From assembly GCA_051294375.1 (NCBI GenBank), contig CM119271.1, forward strand, positions 15,878,770 through 15,942,769: a stretch of 64,000 nucleotides of DNA, written 5' to 3'. Below the pieces are notes generated by a model, which saw only the letters and a list, made by a program, of their open reading frames with translations, did no database searches and had not been told where the DNA came from. This document shows, piece by piece, positions 57,401-64,000 of this stretch. The stretch comes from Paraspadella gotoi (Eukaryota; Animalia; Chaetognatha). The first letter of the stretch is position 1; each line of letters starts with the position of its first letter. Position numbers and translations under genes: made by a program.

Positions 57401-58129
57401 AGTGTGTGATTGAACAGGAAATCAAGTTTCGATGGAAACGTTTGAGTGGAAATGAGTTTAAATGGAAAAAAACAAAAAAAACCTATTTCACTAATTGATT
57501 ATGCTTCTTTTTCTTTTTATATTAAATGTATATGCAGGATGTAATAATAAATCAAATAATTAAGCAGTTAATTAATCAATTAGTAAATAAATTAATCAAT
57601 AATTAATTAGTCAATCAATCCGTCCATCCGTCCCACCTTAGCAAAAAGCTCCAATAACTTGTGATTGCTGGTTGGATTGGAATTAAATTTTGTGTGTGGG
57701 TAGGAAAGTGTGTGATAAAGCTGGATATAAAGTTTCGATGGAATCGTGTGAGTGGAAATTAGTTTAAATGGAAAAAACATAAGTCGAATTTACTAAAATC
57801 TTTTTACTTATTTTAACCAATAAATACTCTAATTAATCATAATTGGATGGATAGATTGAGTTGAAATTTTGTGTGGGTAGGAAAATGTGTGACGAAGCTT
57901 GATATAAAGTTTTGGTGGAAACGTACCAGTGGAAATGAGTTTAAATGAAAAAAAATATGAGTCACATTTACTTGAATCTTTTTATTTATTTTAACCCATG
58001 ATAGTTTGAGATGAAATTTGGTGAGCCGGTAGGAAAGTGAGTGAAGAAGCTAGATATAAAGTTTTGACGGAATGCAAGTTGAAAAAATTATGCAAGTTGA
58101 AAAAATGACGCAAGTTAAAAAAATTGCAT

Positions 58130-58167
<38 letters not shown>

Positions 58168-59135
58168 AGGAGACATAAAATAAAATAGAGGATATTTGTT
58201 TGTTTTGATAAAATGTAAACAAAACATTTAATAACTGTCCTGACTCAATTTTAAGGACATCGATGATGACAAGCTGAATATAAATTATAATTAATTATTA
58301 AAATTAATTAATCTATTAATTAATTAATTATCGTAGGCAGATCCGACATTGTTTGCTCAAACTTGTTTAGATATGACTGAATATAGAGTGAAAGATGATA
58401 AATTTCTTTAAAAAGTTATTTATTCATATTTATTCACAGAATTGTAATAGAAAAAAATTTAAAAAATTAATAGTACCAATAGTTAGTGTTATGTCTGAAA
58501 TAGATAGAAAAAAAACCTCATTTAAAAATTCGATCGGGAAGTAGGGTAACTAAGCCTTACCAATGGCATCCTCCACGCCGATTGTTCTCTCAAATAATTT
58601 TTTTATTTAATACATTTGAAAGGGAAAAAAAGAAAATTCGGAATGCAGGTTGCAGAAAGGGTACAGATAATCTGGACTTACTGACATGATAACCATGACC
58701 TTTTATATCTAGTAAAATGGGGGCAGTAAAGAAATCTAAAAAATTCGATCATTAAGTCAGTCAATGAATCCTTTCCAATGGGCTATTACGAGAAATATTT
58801 TTTCTTAATTAAAATGGATGATAAATAATAGAATTAAATTTCTTGCTATATTTAAAAGAAAATTATCAATACAATTTAACACAATGATGTCTTGCTTTGT
58901 CAAATATGTTGCCAGCTATATAATTTTTTAAAACTTTATTATGATAAACAATCAGTGTGTCAAGCTTTTTGTTTGCAGTTAAAAATAATGAAAAATGACG
59001 ATTTTTTTTCACAGAACAAGAAGGTAGACGTCCAGACTGCTTATATCAAGCTAAAAACATTTTTGTATTATTCATTTTTCATATTTGAAAAGACATTTTA
59101 TGAAGCTACAAAATAAATTTTTGCTTGTTATTTAC

Positions 59136-62100
59136 TACATTTCTGAAAATTGTCATAGAGTTACGGAAAAGGTGTCATTCTTTTCGTATTTTAGAGCTAT
59201 ACAAAATAAAAGCATTTTTAGTTACATTTTTTTTAAATATCTCGCCTTTCCCAGAAGCGTTTAAAGTGCTACGGTCATCAAAATAATTGATTTTTAGCGA
59301 TTTCTGAGGTTTTCAAAAAAAATTTTTCAGATAATTATAAATTAAGAATGAAATTGAATTATTTGTTATACTTAAAAGTTACCCGAAATATTTAATCATA
59401 ATTTAAACAACCTCAAACCGTTATTTAGGATTTTTTAATAATATATTAAAACCGAAAGTTAAGTATTGCTTGAACTTTTCCCTAAAAACGAAAAATTGGA
59501 GATCACAGATTCAAATACTTTATATTTTAATTGTTACAAGAAAAAAGGCAAAGACAAAATTTAAAATTAAAATAATAATTGATTTCATAACAAAAGTTTT
59601 ATTGGCGACAAAAAAAAATTCAGTTTTCAAGTTTAAAACTTCTTTGCTTTGGGGTGGTCGCGTCGATGCATATCAATTCCCTGCAAAAATCCTGGAATTT
59701 GCTCAGGATTATGAGTAATTGCAAAAGTTCATGTCACTTGCAAACTTAACCGAACGCTCAGCAGCGTCATTGAGTGGAGAAAAATCCGTTTAACAAGTGT
59801 GACGAAGGCTTGGAAATTTAAATCGTCTTTCCATTCACTCGACGGCTTTGAAAGAAAAAGTGGCTCAAATCGTGTAAGCTGTGAAAGAATTTTTGTTTTA
59901 TTAATTTTTCATTTCACCAAATAGTTAAAACAAATATTGGACCTGGAAGAACAACCAAGACTCTTCAGTTATAAACTCTTTCCAGACGACTATCATCGTA
60001 CACACGAGGCATTGCCGGTTTTCCCATTTCAATACGAGTGTTGCTGTTGAATGTTTTAAGAGCTGACACCATGGCCTCTTCGTTGCATTGCCAACTTTTT
60101 CAGAGGCGAGCGCGAGAATAACTGACCGCCCTGACAGATACTCTGTGTGAAGGTCTACTTTTCGCAGCCCAGCTCGTGCACCTTCAGGGTCTCGTGTACG
60201 CCATTGTCTCAGGTCTTCATGCAAGGACAGGATCAGGTAAGGAGCATCCGCCATAATTGGACAAGAAAACCAATGATAGAAATGTACATAAGACGATGTA
60301 GAATGACAGAGTTGCAACATCAACTTGTTGCTGGGGCTCAGAACAAAAACATCACAAGTGATAAGCATCTTTAGGATATAAATGCAAGAACCCATCCATC
60401 GTGCATGGGAGGTGTTGTTGAGGCGCTTTGTCATTTTCAAGATATTTTTTGTGCCCGGTAAGAAACTGCAAAAAATTAATTTTGTTGGTAAAAATATTTT
60501 AAAAACATATTATTAAACTATTTTTTATTGTATGTGCTACAATTGCTATATACTGAGCATTATTACATTAGTTCTATTTCTAATTCTACAATCTAATTAA
60601 ATAATAATAAAATTTTTAACCTTTTCTTGTATCGCACAATCTGTTTAAAAAAAGGGAGAAAAAAGTATTTTAATTTTTTTTGTTGCATGTCATCTTTTTT
60701 ATATTACCAACACAATTCTGACAAATTCTTTGAAATCTCCCCTCGAGTGGTTTGTCTTTTCAAGTTTTTCTAGAAGCTGAATTAGTCTGTGATACAGCCT
60801 TCTTGTGACATCATCTTCAGGTGAAAGTAGCTTTACCTTACAAATATTAATAAGATGATTTATTAATTATTACCAATAATAAATTTCCTAAAATTACTTT
60901 TTCGTTGGAGCAACGAATGATGTCAGGCATTTTCTCAAGTATGGAGGGCCATTCATTTTTATATCGCGTGTAGATCGTGTCTCGTGGTCCCCAGTCTTCC
61001 AACGAACTTGAATTACCGAGCCAACCACTAACTCCAATATATGGTGAAGACAGGGCCACCACATGAGCGCTTTCCCTATGGCCTCCTCAATTTTCACACA
61101 AGCTCCTACATTTTGAATAATTAAATTGTCTATCATCTAGAATTTAAAAGTTTTTGAATTTTTATTCATACCCCACTGCTGGCCAGTATTAACACTTGCA
61201 GTGTCGTAATTTAGGGCAAATACTTTGTCGATCTAAAACCCCATGAAAAGACAATCGACTTCACGGCGTCACCAACAAGGACTCCCGTGCCCTCCGCAAT
61301 TGCAGTGTCTCCAAGAAACTTTTCTTTTTCCATCCCAGGGCCACGAACGGCAACCGACACGCATTCACTTTTTGAGCCAGTTGTTGGGTCTTCCCGTCTT
61401 TTTCCATCAAAGAAAATTTGAAGAATTTCGGAAATTTAAAGATTTCCTGGAGATGAACATTATGATTAATAAACTTTTTTATTTTTTTAGTTTTTTAATT
61501 TTTTTAAAAATTTTACCTTTACAAGATTTAACTGGTCATATGAACTTCTCTACGTATCCTCGGCAATAAGCGAAGGCGAGAGAAAAACCGTTTTCATGTC
61601 AACTTTTCGCCGCGACAAGAATATCTCGTAAGAGAAAAAAAGATTGTCGGTAGATAAACGTGCCGATCAGCAGCGCAGATGGCTGACCGTATCACTCTCG
61701 CTGCTTTAATGTGACCGAAATAGTTTCCGGCATTTTTCGACGTTTAGCGTCCGGAATGACCCATTCTGAATCATCATCGTCATAATGTCGTGATGAAATC
61801 TCTGGATCTTTTAGGACATCTAAGGATACAGCACTGTTGTATTCCTGTTTAATTGTAAAAAAGTTTTTTTAAAAATTATTTCATAATACCATCACAGATT
61901 GATACTTTCAAATTTACTTTAAAATGAAATCCAGTCTCACGTTTTTCTCATCAAATCTTTTTTCTCGACGAGCCTCTTCTTCCTCGTTTCGAGCGCGAGT
62001 CCGGTCAAATCGTAATTGTTGATCCCAATCGCGCGCTCCGAATTTTACAAACTGATTGAGGCGAAGACGATGAACAAATTCTGCATCTTCGACCCGAGCA

Positions 62101-63081
62101 TCCTTTGTCTTTTTCGCATCTTTTGCGATGATTTCGAGCGCGTCCTCCGCAGTCACGTCAAAATAAGAGTCGCGCATTATGATAAATGAAGCCAACTACA
62201 TAAAGGAGTACTTACTTTATTTAAATAGTTACATCAAAAAGGCAATATGTACAATATATATTATGTATATTTTACAAACCTTTTTCTTGTAGGAATCTCG
62301 TTCAGCCTTGGACTTGTCGCAAAGAAATGAGAGATCTTCGCGTAAAGCAAGGATTCGCTTCTTGGACCAGTGGCAATGCATTGAAGAGGAATTGCGGGCA
62401 TCTCCAAGTTTCCATAATTCTGTCGCTCAAAAGCGACAGTATAAGCCGCACTTTTCCTTATTTTGATTGTTTGTCGATTGACTCAGAAATACATGAAAGA
62501 AGCGCTGAAGAATATCTCTGCCTTTTGGAGGTTCACACGGCGGAGTCTGAAAAATGATCCAGCCTCTTTGTAATATCAAACTCTGGATATAACGGCAGAC
62601 GGGTTTGCATTGTCTTATTTATAGGAAAAAAAACCTTAAAAAAGAATCAAATCATTGAATATATATATTTAAATTAACAAAATTGCAATATTATCTAGCT
62701 TTCTTTAGTTTTTTTTTGGCAAAACTTTTCCTAAGTTGAAATTTTTATCGAAATAAAACTGTTTTTTGAGAGTCACTTCCGGTCTGTAGAATTTTTTTCC
62801 GGATTAAAGATACTTTATAAATTTTTTTACTTGAATAAATTTAATAAATCATAAAATATCATTGAAAAATTATTTAAAATTGGCTATTATCACAAGAAAA
62901 TCAAGAAATTGTCAAAAATCGATAAATTTGACGCTCGTGGCACTTTGACGCCCCTGGGAGAGGCGAGATGTTTTGAAAAAGTCTTTGCAAGGTTTTTTTC
63001 TTAAAGAACGTGTAAATACGAACAGAATGACACCTTTTTTGGAGACTCTAGACACATTTTCTGCGGAAAAAAATGTGTCTA
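59136..63081 (-). mobile_element. Decayed hAT-type (hATm-like) DNA transposon
   Basis: 8-bp TSD TTATTTAC (59128-35 and 63082-89); imperfect TIRs ~59136-59320 and ~62900-63081 (aaaaggtgtcattc..cgtattt). Confidence 0.75.
59700..62610 (-). pseudogene. Fragmented, intron-containing transposase
   Basis: Minus-strand fragments: YDTASVNTG, GACVKIEEAIGKALMWWPCLHHILELVVG (CxxH), HARWMGSCIYILKM, LNDAAERSVK (catalytic E region); stops and frameshifts. Confidence 0.7.
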
Positions 63082-64000
63082 TTATTTACTTTAACTGAAA
63101 ATTATAAGCAATTTTATAGAATAAAAAAAATTTAATAGTAATCAATTAAAGCAAAAAACTGTGTAAAAATTTATGGATTTAATTTAATAAAACTCTTTTA
63201 AAAAGGTGTCCCATGATTAGGGCTTTAATATGATACCACAGCCACCTTGCTTCCTACCTCTTTTCTTTCAAAAGTTATTTAAAAAAATAACTTTTTTTAA
63301 ACTATGCAGTACAAATCTTTATTAAATAAAAATTTCGGCAAAGCGGGAGTATCTCACTTATTTCTATTGGTACAATACTTAAATTACAAAATAAAACTTG
63401 AAAAAAATTTTTTCGTCATTTAGAGACATCACTTACGGATGTACTCATCGTATAACAATTGATTTATTTATTTCCCCAAAAAAGCCTAATTAGAAAAGTT
63501 GAAATATTTTCAAATTGTTGAAAAAAAAGTTCGTCCGACCTATGCTCATTGAGAATAATGGTTTTGCATAGAAAATCAAAATATAAAAAAAATTTAAAAA
63601 TCAGCCTCTAGAAAAATTGAAAGGCTAGAGGCTGATTTTTTTAGAATTGCAAAATTGTTTTCCTAACTCAAAATCCATTATTCTCAAGTTTCAAAATATT
63701 TTTTTTCAAAATCATTCTATCAATTTTTTTTATTAATTTAAAATGTTTTTATGATATTGTTTTTGTTTGAAAGAATTGAAAAAAAGGGAAAAATATAGTA
63801 ATTATATAAGGTTTTTGAAAATACCTTTAAAATATTAGATAATTAGACACAAGGGGAGTAAGCAGGGAAAACTTCCCATTCATAAAAAAAAATGAAAATG
63901 AATTTGTCATATTGTTATTTAGATTAATTGACTAATTATAAGCTAATGATTTATATAAATTTAGGAAATGATGGGTAAAAAATATTCATTTTGGTCTCGG

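Overview
Eukaryotic (animal-like) genomic DNA with spliceosomal introns and AT-rich intergenic/intronic repeats. It holds 14 consecutive intron-containing genes, all on the + strand and often only 200-700 bp apart: ZDHHC16-like, TMEM134, a divergent Tra2-like RRM gene, KAT5/Tip60, hnRNP A/B/D (squid-like), cyclin C, mitochondrial HSP70, La, NEDD8, UPRT, carbonyl-reductase-like SDR, a thioredoxin-fold gene, BolA3 and TMEM97. This arrangement suggests operon-like, trans-spliced transcription. An unrecognised membrane-protein gene is nested antisense in an mtHSP70 intron. The most striking signal is a set of miniature LTR elements (TRIMs: LTR-PBS-PPT-LTR, 4-bp TSD) whose LTRs carry a tRNA-like Pol III promoter followed by a circularly permuted (type-P5-like) twister ribozyme fold. 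The pseudoknot of this fold covaries between families and its P1 linker is palindromic, so these are candidate 'twister LTR retrozymes' (44061-44799, 46424-47050, solo LTR near 7000, relic near 35811). Also present: minimal hammerhead ribozymes, a non-autonomous DIRS-like element, nested fold-back DNA transposons in a 12.6-kb intron (partly mis-assembled around a 25-N gap), and a decayed hAT-type transposon with an 8-bp TSD. All structures were read by eye; no searches or folding programs were run.
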